This document shows positions 47,866-60,741 of a stretch of DNA of 64,000 nt, one piece after another. The notes below the pieces were generated by a model. The model worked only from the letters and a program-made list of their open reading frames with translations, searched no databases and was not told where the DNA came from. The position numbers were made by a program, and so were the translations under genes. Origin of the DNA: Heteronotia binoei (lineage: Eukaryota). How positions within the stretch are numbered: the stretch's first letter is position 1; the number at the start of each line of letters is the position of its first letter. The DNA lies in assembly GCF_032191835.1 (NCBI RefSeq), contig NC_083234.1, positions 37,448,001 to 37,512,000 of the forward strand. The letters run 5' to 3'.

Positions 47866-49856
47866 AGAAAAGCAGAGGGCCAACTGACAGGGAACATGGC
47901 TGGGTAGGATTCACTATGATATTAGACAGAACAAGGCAAATACATCTTAAGTACACACACACTGGATTGAGGCCCAGTCAACATCTGTTGACTATCTTTT
48001 CAGCAGTCTCTTCCTGTTTCCTTTTATAAGGGTCACCAGGAGGATGGCACCAAAGATTTGGCAAGTGAAAGTTGCCTGAAGCAAAGCCCAATGTTGAACA
48101 TCACCATTAAAAAAAAAGTTAATGACAGCACAATGAAGTTCGTGCAGTTGACTCAGTGCTAATCACACACCCTATTGATATCTGTTGTTTTGTGGAGGAC
48201 ATATTGACATCCACGTATGTTCCTTTGTATCATCAGATCTATTAAAAGCACTAGAGAGCAGCTTCTCCCTTGATGCCCCCCCTCATTCTAAATTGAAAGC
48301 ATTTCAAGTGGAAGACATATTGATATCCACATATGTTCCTTTGTATTGTCAGATCTACTAAAATCACTAGAGAGCACCTTCCTTTACACCCCCCCTCCCA
48401 AACTGAAAGCAGACAGATTTCATAACCAATATTCTCTCTAAGCTTTGGAGTCTTATGAACAAAAATCCTACTTTGTGGGCTACTGGCATTAAAGCTGTGA
48501 GCTACTGCCTAAATTAATGTGCTCTGGGGTCATCCTTCCTGAGCTAAGACAAAAATGTGTAAGCCAGAGGCTAAAGAACTGTGAGCTAGCTCACACTAAC
48601 TCAGCTTAGAGGGAACACTGTTCATAATTGCTCCATAACTACAAAACTTCCTATAGTGGTCCATCAACGTCTGAGCTTGTGTGATAAGCTGTAAAATGGG
48701 TTTGGCTGGGGCATGTTGTTTGTATGCTGTACATATAATGTGTCTATACCTGCTAACTGATATTCCTCTCCTTGCTCTAAACATTCTGGAAGGACCAGTT
48801 TTAGGGAGACCTCCCACCCCTTACCAGCTCAGCCCACTGTCATTCAGCTGACCAATGGGGGGTGAAATGCTGGGGAAAAGGGGGGGATTAGCATTGTGCT
48901 GATGCCATGAGGTCACTTCCAGTATGACCCAGAAGCGACATCATCATATTGAGTATCACCCCAGCATGATGACCTACATCACTCTGGAAGTGATGTCACA
49001 ATGTCATCAGCAAGGGGCCCCTCCAATGATAAGTCTCCCTTTCTGGGGTGATACTCAACATGATGCCACCCAACATGAACAGCACAGATCTAAATGGTGT
49101 ATTCTGGATGGTGTTGTTAAGACAACATCTCTTGATTCCTCTTTAACCAAATTTCTACTTGAAATCTAGTAATCCACTCCTTTCCATCTTTTTAGCAACT
49201 TTGAGACATTTTCTAATCAGTACTGTTTTCTCCAAGGGGAAATTAGAAGAGAGGAGGGGCAGGAAGGAAAGTGTTACAAGATTTCACAATTTTACTCTGT
49301 AGATGCTCCTGTCTTCTGGATTGAGCACTACCCTGTGCTCAATTGCAAGGGTGGAAGTTACAAAAAAGTTGCATTGATTTCTCTGCAAAAAGAAATCAAA
49401 GATAAATCACTATTTTTCAGAAAGAAAAACAGAGAGGAATCAATGACTATATCTTTAAAAAATTAATTTCGGAAATAAGAAGTTCCCATAACATCCCCAA
49501 TTCCAGAGAGAACTGCTGTTGGAGGGGAATCTGGAAATGTTTCTAAAAAGCACTGACCAGATCAGATCTTCAGCAGGAACATATCTTACAGTTCATTTGA
49601 ATATTTATTTCAGTGAACTTGCTTCACTCACACTCCCTTTACTTTCATATTTCTTTTCTTTTCCTTTAAATTTTGTTTTCTTTCTGGGCTTGGCATGGCG
49701 CGAATGTTGATTTTTTTAAAATTAATTTTCTATCTAGTCAGTAAAGACAGTAACTTTTGTTGTTCCACTTTTCTGCTGATTATATATAGGGGTTTTTTTT
49801 AATGGAAATAATACCATTATAAAATTTCTGATCATTTAGACCATTGACTTCTCTCT

Positions 49857-50078
49857 ACGGTTGCTAGCCTCCCTGTGGAGCCTGGAGAATCTTTCACTTT
49901 TACAGTTGTTCTCCAGCTGGTGGAGATCAGCTTCCCTGGAGAAAATGTCTGCTTTGAAGGGTGGACTCTATGGCATTGTGCCATGCTGAGTGAGCCCCCC
50001 CCCCTCCCCAAACCATGCCCTCTTTTGGCTCCAACCCAAAGTCTCCAGGCATTTTCCAATCCAGACCTGGCAACCCTA
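49857..50078 (-). mobile_element. Short TAGGGTTGCCA-family hAT MITE
   Basis: Ends CCTGGCAACCCTA; family core in reverse. Confidence 0.8.
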
Positions 50079-51357
50079 CTTCTCACCATGCAATGTATCA
50101 TTTTTGCATGAGTTTCACAGGCCCTGTATGTTGTTTAAAACTTTTATTATTTAATAAAATCTTTGAAATATGAAAAAGTGTGAATGCTCAGTATTCAACA
50201 TTTAGTAACAGTAACAATTTTTTAAAACTGTTAAAGCATGTGTCGTTAGTAGCTTTGCTTTCTGCTGTGCTATTTTCTGTGTTGTTAGAAAAGCAAATCT
50301 AAGAAAGACCCCCTGGTTTTTTTGGGAGAGGACAGGTTGGGTGTGTGAATGTTTGAAAACTATCCTTTGAAAAATGAGTACAGTGCAAGAAAGCGGCACC
50401 AGGGGGGCACCTTCAGAGAAAGTTGATTTATGTGTGGATCCCTCCCCCCTCCCAAGAAAACAAGGGCTCTCAAGCCTGTGAAACACTTAATCAAATTCAA
50501 TGGCAGATTTTAATGCAAGAAGAAATTATGATAAACAGTTGATGTTGAAAGTGGTCCAAATAAGGGCCTAGTGTCTGGAGTAATTGATTTCAGGGCTTGT
50601 ATCGGGAATGTTTCATTATTGCTGAGACACCAGTTGTGTTCTGTTTTCTTTGTAATTTAAGCTTGCTGTACCATTGGTAATGATGTTCTTGGCAGCTGCA
50701 AATACAGTGTTCTGGGTAAACACTGGGCAAAGTCAAATTTAAATACTACAGATCTGTTTTTGTTAAGAAGCATCCTCATTTCACTTCTACCATGTCAGAG
50801 AATTAATAAGGAAAAACATGCATGCCAGGTTCTGTATTGTTTATTTTGATAATTTCCAATGGAAGGAGGTTCACACAGCTTTTTACAGTCCGTTCTTAGT
50901 TGACAAGCAAATCTCACTAGGGATTTCAAATTACTCTCTGTACAGTTTTCAGAGGGGAAAAATAGATTTTTCAAGGAGTTCACACAATTGTCAAAGCTAA
51001 TCCATTTTTACTTAACCCGTTGTTTTTTTATTCCTATTATAGTGAAATAAAAATTTTGAAAGATCCACTTAAGGGGAAAAAGGTAATATGTATTCTCAAG
51101 CAGTACTAAACATTGTCCCTACAAATCACTGATGTTTATTATTAAAATGCCTTGCTGCAGAAATCTTTAGGGCTTTTTATTTTTTTTTTTTATTTTAAAG
51201 ATATCCAATGAGCTTTGTGCAGAACAATCAGCTGTTCTGAACTGCTCTGTACAAATCCTTATCTAATTTCTGTTTAGCACTATTAACTTTATTAGCACTT
51301 GCCACCTTTTTCTGGTGGGGCTAGAATCTCTTGTCTTATACTACATGTACACCCACC

Positions 51358-51543
51358 CAGGGCTTTTTTTTTTGTAGCAGGAACTCCTTTGCATGTTAGG
51401 CCACACATCCCGATGTAGCCAGTCCTCCAAGAGCTTACAGGGCTCTTCGTACAGGGCCTACTGTAACCTCCAGGAGGATTGGCTACATCAGGGAAGTGTG
51501 GCCTAATCAGGGGAGTTCCTGCTACAAAAAAAAAAAAGTCCTG
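51358..51543. mobile_element. hAT MITE, CAGGGCTTTTT family
   Basis: Perfect TSD CACCCACC. Confidence 0.88.
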
Positions 51544-51632
51544 CACCCACCCATATCATGCTCCCTGGCAATCCACTTGTGGCACTAATGTGAGTTTCAA
51601 AAGCATCTTGTGATTACAAGATCCCTTATACA

Positions 51633-52150
51633 TAGGCTTCCCAATCCCCAGGTCCCAGAGGGGGATCCCCCGGTTTTACAGGCTTCCCCCCTCCCCCAGC
51701 CAGCTGGCCGGCGGGGAAGCCCCGCCCCCAGAGCCATCATGCACCTCTATGAACGATTCCCATAGGGAATGATGGGGAATTGATCTGCGGGTATTGGGGG
51801 CTCTGGGGGGCCTGTTTTTTGAGATAGAGGCACCAAATTTTCAGTATAGCATCTAGTGCCTCTCCCCAAAATACCTCCCAAGTTTCAAAAAGATTGGACC
51901 AAGGGGTCCAATTCTATGAGCCCCAAAAGAAGGTGCCCCTATCCTTCATTATTTCCTATGGAAGGAAGGCATTTAAAAATTTGTGCAGTCCCTTTAAATG
52001 TGATGGCCAGAACTCCCTTGAAGTTCAGTGATGCTTGTCACACCCTTGCACTTGGCTCTGCCCCCAATGTCTCCTGGCTGCACCCCCAAAGACTCCTGGC
52101 TCCACCCCCAAAGTCCCCAGATATTTCTTAAATTGGACTTGGCAACCCTA
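51633..52150. mobile_element. Long TAGGGTTGCCA hAT MITE
   Basis: Perfect TSD CTTATACA at 51625-51632 and 52151-52158. Confidence 0.88.
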
Positions 52151-52389
52151 CTTATACAGCATGTACAAGGCCTTTAGTATATCTGTAGCTCTTTGGATTC
52201 TGGACACAATGATTTAGAGTAGGTTCCTCCCACCCCTTAAGATTTCATTGGTCAAGGATTGCAGAATTCTTTGGTCTGCTTTGATCACACCTCGGTCACA
52301 CATGGATAGGGCTGCCAGGTTCCCTCATCAATAGCGGGGGGAGGGTTGGGGGACATTCTAGGGGTGATAAAATTGGATTTAAACCATAG

Positions 52390-52694
52390 GAAAAGGAAAG
52401 GTCCCCTGTGCAAGCACCAGTCATTTCTGACTCTGGGGTGACGTTGCTTTTACAACATTTTCATGACAGACTTTTTACGGGGTGGTTTGCCATTGCCTTC
52501 CCCGGTCATCTACAATTTCCCCCCAGCATGCTGGGTACTCATTTTACCAACCTCGGAAGGATGGAAGGCTAAGTCAACCTTGGGCTGACTACCTGAATCC
52601 AGCTTCCACCGGAATCGAACTCAGGTCGTGAACAGAGAGTTCAGACCACAGTACTGCAGTACTGCTGCTTTACCACTCTGCGCCACAGGGCCTC
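52390..52694 (+). mobile_element. Sauria SINE
   Basis: Consensus head; 12-bp TSD TTTAAACCATAG. Confidence 0.9.
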
Positions 52695-53367
52695 TTTAAA
52701 CCATAGAGTTTTGCCAAAAAACCACAAGCTCCCCCACATGAACCCTGACACAATGAGATCACTTCCAGGTGATGTCACTGTGTTTATTTAGGAATTGTAC
52801 TTGATAGGTTCCTAACTATATCTCTAGCTGAGAGAGAGAGTAAGTACCACACTCTAACTGAGAGAGTGTGGTACTTCCAAGAAGAAAGGTGAGATTGGCC
52901 TGAGAGCAGCAATCTGGAGACAGATAAAGAATTATGCTTAAAAGGAGAGAAGGTGCTGACCTCACTATCCTATCTGTCTTCTTGCTACTCCCTGAAGGGT
53001 CTTCTACTCTTCTTCTTTGTATACCAGACATTGTCTTTTCCAACACATATTATGATTGCCAAAACAAGAAAATAACTTGGCCTCTTCTTGTGCCTCTAAA
53101 AGCCACTTGGTATGCTGAGAACACATCAAACTTTTCATGGCATGGAGATAAACATTATTCCATCCTTATGTCTGCACATCAAAATTGTAGTTAAAGGTTC
53201 AGGATGGAAGATGACATAAAAACAGAAACGTTGAAACTGAATTTGCACTAGGATAAAGACACCAAACATGCAAGTGGAAAAAACAGAGACAGTACTTTAG
53301 AAGAGAATATCCATTGCTGTCTGCATCCACCTCAATCTGAGGTCCTGCTCACCTTATTTATTTTATC

Positions 53368-53537
53368 CAGGGGTTTTTTTGTAGCAAGAACTCCTTTGCA
53401 CATTAGGCCACACACCCCTAATGTAGCCAATCCTCCAAGAGCTTACAGAAGGCCCTGTAATAAGAACCCTGTAAGCTCTTGAGGATTGGCTACATAAGAG
53501 GGGTGTGGCCTAGGAGTACCTGCTACAAAAAGACTTG
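53368..53537. mobile_element. hAT MITE, CAGGGCTTTTT family
   Basis: Perfect TSD ATTTTATC. Confidence 0.86.
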
Positions 53538-54242
53538 ATTTTATCCCATTTTGAGTCCCAAAAGCTAATACATGCAAAAATCTAATAGAAATTACAACTA
53601 AAGTTCAGTATAATATATTCTCCATGAAAGTGATTCACAGGGACAGACTACATGATTCAGTTTATATTGAGTCAGGTAACGCAGCTTGCTTTCCCCTCCT
53701 CACAGCTTCATAACAACTATGGAGAACTTTCTTTCTCAGGTGCCATAGAGCTCAATTCAGGAAGATGAGGGCTTCCACTTTCCCCCTTTGTTGTATTCCT
53801 GAGTCGCAATGGGCTGGAGAGGCTTTTGTTCCATTGCAGGGCTACACATACAATATTCAGTGCATGTGGGCCCCCTCAGTGGGGCAAGTAACCCAGGACA
53901 GCTTTGGGTCAGGGATATGGCATGGGGGTGGAGAAGGCACAGGGTCCTGCTATGCCACTGAGGGGAAACTTAGTTGGGGCTAAGAAATTCCATCCTGACT
54001 TGTTATTAAAATAGTATCAGGCACTTTGGCCCTAAGCTTGATCTCAATGCAGGCTAAGATTGCCAGTATGTGGCTGGCAACCTGTCAGGAGTCTCACTAA
54101 CTGTGTGGCGGGCCCTTAACAGCAATGCACCAACATCACTGGTGATGTGGTAATACCACTTCCAGTGCAACTGAAAGTGGCCAGTGGAGGGCAGGTGGTC
54201 TCCTGCTGAAGTGGGAGACCTAGCACCCATAATGCAGGTATA

Positions 54243-55064
54243 TAGGGCTTTTTTTGTAGCAGGAACTTAGGGTTGCCAATCCCCAGGTGGGGGCAGGGGA
54301 TCCCCCACTTCAGGGTCATCAGAAAGCGGGGGGGGGGGGTACCTGCTGGGCATTCCATTATTCCCTGTGGCAGGGGTGGCCAATGGTAGCTCTCCAGATG
54401 TTTTTTGTGTACAACTCCCATCAGCCCCAGCCAGCATGGCCAATGGTGGAGGCTGATGGGAGTTGTAGGCAAAAAACATTTGGAGAGCTACTGTTGGCCA
54501 CCCCTGCCCTATGGAGACTGATTCCCATAAGATATAATGAAAAATTGATCTGCGAGTATCTGTAACTCTGGGGTTTTTTTTTGTTATTTTAGGTAGAAGC
54601 ACCAAATTTTCAGCATAGCATCCAGTGCCTCCCCTCAAAACACCCTCCAAGATTCAAAAGGATTGGACCAGGGGGTCCAATTCTGTGAGCCCCCAAACAA
54701 GGTGCCCCTATCCTTCATTATTTCCAGTGGAGGGAAAGCATTTAAAAGGTATGCAGTTCCTATAAATTTGATGGCCAAAAACTCACTTTGGAGCTCAATT
54801 ATGCTTGTCACAACCTTGCTCCTTGCTCCACCCCCAATGTCTCCTGACTCCACCCCCAAAGTCCCCAGATATTTCTTAAATTGGACTTGGCAACCCTACA
54901 GGAACTCCTTTACATATTAGACTACAGTCCCCTGATGTAGCCAATCCTCCAAGAGCTTACAGTAGGCCCTGTAAGAAAAGCCCTGTAAGCTTTTGGAGGA
55001 TTGGCTACATCAGAGGGGTATAACCTAATATGCAAAGGAGTTCTGGCTACAAAAAAAAGTCCTG
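54243..55064. mobile_element. Three-level hAT nest: CAGGGCTTTTT MITE > long TAGGGTTGCCA element (54268-54898) > Charlie-type MITE (54371-54506)
   Basis: TSDs caggtata/cagctaca, CAGGAACT/CAGGAACT and ccctgtgg/ccctatgg respectively. Confidence 0.88.
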
Positions 55065-55482
55065 CAGCTACAACATAGGAAGTGCCTGGTTGCTTCCTAC
55101 ATTCTTTCCCCCCTTCTCCACCTTAAGAAGGCAGCTGCCAGCTGGGAGGAGTGAGACTCTCTCAGCTGCAATTGGGTCCAAGCCCAATGGAGGGCTTGGC
55201 AACATGGCAGCCTCTTGCCCTCCTTCTGGCAGCCACACTGATACAGAGCACTGGACTCAAAGGGACTTATTCCTGCAAGAATGCATACGATTTGCTGGAT
55301 TTTGCAAACTTTCATTCAGCGACTTCTTTCCCAGTATATGAAGTGTCAGTTCTAAATATCCACCTGACTCTTGACTTTCTTAAAAGTCTCCACTATGCAG
55401 ACTCTTCCAAGGTTGTTTATACTTAAAATAAGGTTGACAATTAAAACTTAAAGTTTAAAATAAAATAAAATAAAATAAAAAC

Positions 55483-55555
55483 TTTTCCGGGAGAGAGGAA
55501 CATCTGGTGAACCAATCGGAAACCGGAAGTCCAGTGATGTGCTCTTAAATTGGCC
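55483..55555. promoter_or_regulatory. Cluster of ETS (TTCCGG, ACCGGAAGT) and NF-Y (CCAAT/ATTGG) motifs, possibly TE-borne
   Basis: ttttccgg 55483, ccaat 55512, aaccggaagt 55521, attgg 55549; mariner-like end GGGACGCCCTG|TA at 55615-55627. Confidence 0.3.
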
Positions 55556-56454
55556 TGATTTTTACCAACTCAGATTCTAGCAACAGTGAAGTGTGTGCAT
55601 GTGAAGGGGGGAATGGGACGCCCTGTATATTATTCCAAACATCCTAGTTTTGTAGTAGATCCCCTGTTGCCATACTGGCAGCTAGGGAAATGAATTTTTC
55701 GAAAAGATTCATCAACAGTGATTGCAATTTTTTTTTAGCTCTTTGTGGCTAGACACAATATCTAGAGTCCCCAAACAGAATATAAATTCAAATACCAGGG
55801 AACAATTCAGATCACATTTGAGTCTTGTTATATGTAGAACAACAATAGTATCTCACTGGTGTCCATTAATGCACTTTAACCTGCACAGTCACAAGACAAA
55901 TTTCATGTAGATATATACTGCACACACAGAAAGGGAAACAAATACTGAAGTTCTCATTGCCAGCCACTTTTCACAGCACTTGTTGAGATCCAGTTGCCTT
56001 CTTCTTTCTCCCCCCTACACACAGCCCTTCTTCTGGGCTCTGTGCTTTCTATGATATTGGACTTAAAAGACCTACTATGCCCAGTAACAACATCAGAAGA
56101 GCATGGGGGCTCTTTTTCATTAACACCTCTAAAATGCCTGATCCACTGTGGGAAGGATACCATAACTATATTTTATTGTTATTTTGTTTTGCTGACTTTG
56201 TGCTACCATATCAGGGTGTGGGACACATAGAAAGGTAAGGTTACTACTTCAGACAGACTGTGGTAAATAACAGTGGCAAAGAGAGGTGGCAGGGTCTGCA
56301 GAACTGGTACCTTAACTAAGTCCTTTGCATGTTTCAGTGCAGTGAAGATGCGGCCAATTTATGGTGACCCCAGCAAGGGGTTTTAAGATAGATATGGTTT
56401 GCCGTTATCTTCATTTACAGAGTGTTTCTTGGCTGTGTACTGACCATGTTCAGG

Positions 56455-56702
56455 AAGAAGAAGAAGAGATGGTTTTTATACCCTGCTTTTCACAACCTTA
56501 AGGAGTCTCAGTGACTTATTATTGCCTTCCCTTCCTCTTCCCACAACAGGCATCCTGTGAGGTGGGTGGGGCTGAGAGAGCTCTGAGAGAACTGTGACTG
56601 ATCCAAGTTCACCCAACTGACTGCATATGGAGGTCTGGGGAATCAAACCTGATTCCCACATTTAGAATCCACCACTCTTAACCACTATACCATGTTGGCT
56701 CT
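56455..56702 (-). mobile_element. Squam3-type SINE
   Basis: Reverse complement begins agagccaacatggtatagtggttaagagtggtgg; (TTC)n tail. Confidence 0.75.
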
Positions 56703-57085
56703 GAACATCTTATGAGATCAGGAAACACTGAGCTGCTTCCCTTCCATTAAATCCTTTTAGCACATTGATGTATGAAGCTTCTTTGTACTGAGCATTCATC
56801 TATTGAAAATAAATCTCACGCAAGTGGCTCTTTTCTACATTTATGTTATATTATTTTCCATGGTTAACAATGAAGAGTACATAGTGTTTTGAAGAGGTCT
56901 CTCATCCAGCTGCTGACTAGATCCAGGAATGCTTACCATAAGCAACTTTTCTACTGTAGTGTGCAGTCAAACCATTTAAGGAATGTGCTGTTCGTTTTAT
57001 TCACTTATTAAACACATTTCTATGCCTCTTCTTCACATTCACACCTGAGATGTAATAAAACAAACACAAATCCATATGATTAAAC

Positions 57086-57546
57086 CAGTGGCCCCCAACC
57101 TTTTTGGCCCCAGGGCCTGGTCCCAGGACCACAGTCCCAAGGCCAGCAGGGTGGGGGCACCCAATTCGGCCTCCCCCCATTGTGCCTCCCCCTCCACCAG
57201 TTTCCTCCTTCCCCCCCCCCGCACAACCTCGCAGCCTCCCCCTCCCTGTTTTCACCATTTTAAGGCTGGGGAAGGAGCCGTTAAGCTCCTCCCAGGCTGA
57301 CCCCCACCTGGGAAGGAGGCAAGCATGGCATCCCTTGCCACTGCTGCAGTGGTTTTCCTAGCCAATCAACTGATTGGCGGGGGGGGGAGGGGTTGGCCTG
57401 GGAGGCACTTCACCACCCCTTCCCTGGCCTTAAAATGGTGAAAACGGGGGGGTGGGGGTGCTGTGGGGGGCAGCGAGGCTGTGCGGCCCATTGCAAACAG
57501 GCTGCAGCCCAGTACCGGTCCCCAGCCCAGGGGTTGGGGACCTCTG
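57086..57546. mobile_element. hAT-Charlie-type non-autonomous element (461 bp)
   Basis: TIR CAGTGGCCCCCAACC/GGTTGGGGACCTCTG; perfect TSD GATTAAAC. Confidence 0.88.
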
Positions 57547-58533
57547 GATTAAACAACTAATGTCAAACCTAAAATCATCCCCACAAAATTTAAGAACCAG
57601 AGCACTAGCAGGAAAATCCAAGAGAGTAAAATATCAACATTAAGGGATGACATTATCAACGCTTCTTTGAAAGGTAATTGAAATAAAGATGGTCTGAGAT
57701 AGAAGCAGGCAAAGGGTATCCCCAAGATTCCCCCAAAGGTGCCATCACCAAGCAAGCCCTCTTTGTTGTCACTACCCACCTGTTCTTTGAACTTGAAGGA
57801 CACTATTCAAAGATTGCAAAGAACCTATGGCCCAGACAACATTATAGGGGGGAAGTATAACAGTTTAGGTTTGAAGCCTAAACAAACAATGTTTGAATGG
57901 GGGGGGGGAGTAAAAGACTGCTTACATTTACCATCTCCATCGTTGACCGAGACGACATCAGCCTGCCTGTAGTATAGGGAGAAGCTAAAGATCAGGAACA
58001 AAGAAACAAAGTCTTCCATGACTAATAACAATGGAATGGCATTGGTGGAATCCATGTTACAATTTTATAGCTGGCTTAGTTATAAGATTACCTGCTTGGG
58101 TAATCCTAGCTGTTGCAATTTGATTCATAAGTTTTGACTAGTACTCAGTTTTCTGCCCATTTAGTGAGGTGTAGTGGTTGGACTAGGTTGGACCACATTT
58201 GAATCCCTTCTCTGTCATGGAAGTCTGCTGGGTGACCTTGGGTCACTCACACATTTTCAGCCTAATCTGCCTCCCAGCATTTTATAAGGATAAAATAGAG
58301 AGGAGAATGACGTAGCTACTTTGGGTCCCCAATTGGGGAGAAATGAGGAGTTATAAATGAAAATAAATAAATTTTGTTAGCTACCTCTTAACACATTAAT
58401 GAGATGGTGGAAAACAAATTCAATAAATAAAATGCCCCTATTTGTTCTTCCATCCCTGTACTGCTGAGCTGGTACCAACTGGAAATGCAATTATTATGTT
58501 CTGTTTTCACGTCTGGAATCAAACATTTCTATT

Positions 58534-58776
58534 AATTTCTCTCTAGTATTGCTCCAGCCCCAGGCTTCTGTTTCCCCCTGGCGCAAGTGATCAATTTCCC
58601 ACCAGTTGATCCACGGGTACATTTTGATGCAGGGCTCTCTCCAGTTCCCCAAGCTGTGAGAAGAACTGGAGGGAGCCCCACATCAAAATGTTGCCCATGG
58701 AGCAACTGGTGAGAAATTGATTACTTGTGCCATGGAAAACAGAAGCCTGGGGGCGGAGCAACGCTAGTGAGAAATT
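58534..58776. mobile_element. Palindromic MITE (about 110-bp arms)
   Basis: Left arm ctagtattgctccagccccaggcttctgtt...ctccagttc pairs with gaactggag...aacagaagcctgggggcggagcaacgctag. Confidence 0.82.
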
Positions 58777-60244
58777 GGTCTTCATCTTGGCAGGTAAGTC
58801 TCGGTATGGCAGCAGATCTCCAAGCAGTTAATGTGAGGGCTTGAAGCAAAAGCAAATGAAGGTGGGGCAGTGATTTGTGCAATGAAAGCAACTGTTGAGA
58901 ATTGTGGGAATGGATGCAAAATAGTCCAATCATTTCTGTAACAAACTGTCCCATTCACAATAACAAGCAGAACAGCACATTTGTTAGAAGCATGCATATG
59001 GGTTAGAAGGCAAACATGCCTGTTCACCAGACTAAGTGATGTTCACTTGCCCATTTCCCTACTCTAAATTCCATCCTTCCCCCTGGCTGCAGCTAGTCCA
59101 GTAAGCAAGCGTATTTGCCTTATAACCATATGCATTATTTTATTTATTTATTTACATTATATTTATAACCCGCCCATTCTGTACAGACTCAAGGCAGCTA
59201 ACAGCATAGAATAGACAGTAAACAAAAACAATATTAAAAGAATAAAATAATAAAACAATCAGATAAATGACAATGGTGCTACTTCACGCGGATCATGTAA
59301 TATTTTCTTTCTTACGCATACAGATCCTAGGCAGTTAGTAATAAAAGCGCTATGGATCCAGATGTGGTGGCAGCCCTCTCCCATTAGATGTTATATGCCA
59401 TCTGAAACAGTTCAGTCTTGCAGGCCCTGTGGAACCTTCATTATTCATTATTCCATGAAGGAAGCATATGGGTTCTTGCTTGAAGAGGGCATGTAGGTCA
59501 GGAAAGCAGCATGGAGAAAGGTATAAACACATCCTGCTTCTTCCCTCATCTCTCTTTCCTTGCCACACCCACATGTGTTTTTAAGCCATTAAAAAAACAG
59601 AAGTTCCATTTGTGAATCTTGCACAATTCCATCTATTTTGCTAACTTTGTGAAAATCACAGCTCAATAAATGTTCCAAACTTCTTGTGAGGTGGTAGCTA
59701 CAGCGGTCTCTGCTGAAACATTATATATTGTGCAGCTCCGATCATAAAGAGAAAGTGTTGATGTGACATTTTTCCCAACATGAAAGAATAAGTGGAGAAT
59801 GGGAAGGCTACAGCATGGCATTGGAATCCATGCACGTTCATTTTGCGAGAAAGATCTGCAAGTAGTCAAGATTTCATTTGCTGGGTAGCATTCTTTCACA
59901 GAAGGGGGAAAATATATGTACACCAGAATCAGCCCTAATGTAGACAGGATCTCCAAACCTAGCATAGAACAGCACAAAATAAGAATATCAGGAACTATAT
60001 CAGCAGCAAACTCCCAGTTGTAATACTTATATGATATTTGAGAGCATTCCTTCAATCTCAAGGAGTCTCAAGAGTAACCCAAAGTGTTTTATTCTTCTGA
60101 AAATTAGCTCCTGAGAGCCCACTTATTATTCCCTTCCTTTGAATAAAACAATTTGTTCTCCACTTATTGAAAATGTAGCATAAGGCAGAGGAGCAATGTT
60201 ATTCAATGGGCTATTTCATTTGTTTATAGTTTGCATAATGTTTT

Positions 60245-60395
60245 NNNNNNNNNNNNNNNNNNNNNNNNNNNNNNNNNNNNNNNNNNNNNNNNNNNNNNNN
60301 NNNNNNNNNNNNNNNNNNNNNNNNNNNNNNNNNNNNNNNNNNNNNNNNNNNNNNNNNNNNNNNNNNNNNNNNNNNNNNNNNNNNNNNNNNNNNNN
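60245..60395. other. Assembly gap
   Basis: Run of N. Confidence 1.
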
Positions 60396-60523
60396 TAGCT
60401 ATAGCCCATCTATTTTAGCTTTTAATTCTAGTTACACATGAACATTTCTAAAATTAATTCCAGATTAGAGGCATAGATCTTCCCACAGTTTTTAGTAGCA
60501 GATTTTGGATTGGATCCAAAGTT

Positions 60524-60741
60524 TTAATGCCAGCCTCCAGGTGGAGCCTGGAGATCTCCTGATTTTACAACTGCTCTCCAGCTGGCAAAGATCAGCTCCC
60601 CTGGAGAAAATGGCTGCTTTGAAGGGTGGACTCTATGGCATTGTACCATGCTGAGGCCCCTCCCTTCCCTGAATTCCACCCTATCCTGGCTCCACCCCCA
60701 AAAGTCTCCAGGTATTTTCAAATACAGACCTGGCAACCCTA
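60524..60741 (-). mobile_element. Short TAGGGTTGCCA-family hAT MITE
   Basis: Ends CCTGGCAACCCTA; family core. Confidence 0.8.

Noticed and set aside
57555-57680. A-rich open frame TNVKPKIIPTKF...NASLK ending at a gtaatt donor
   Set aside because: Preceded by an in-frame stop with no ATG or acceptor, even after removing the hAT insert; may be a decayed retroelement.
59663-60061. 132-aa - strand ORF
   Set aside because: Non-ATG start, no recognisable similarity, no convincing splice context.
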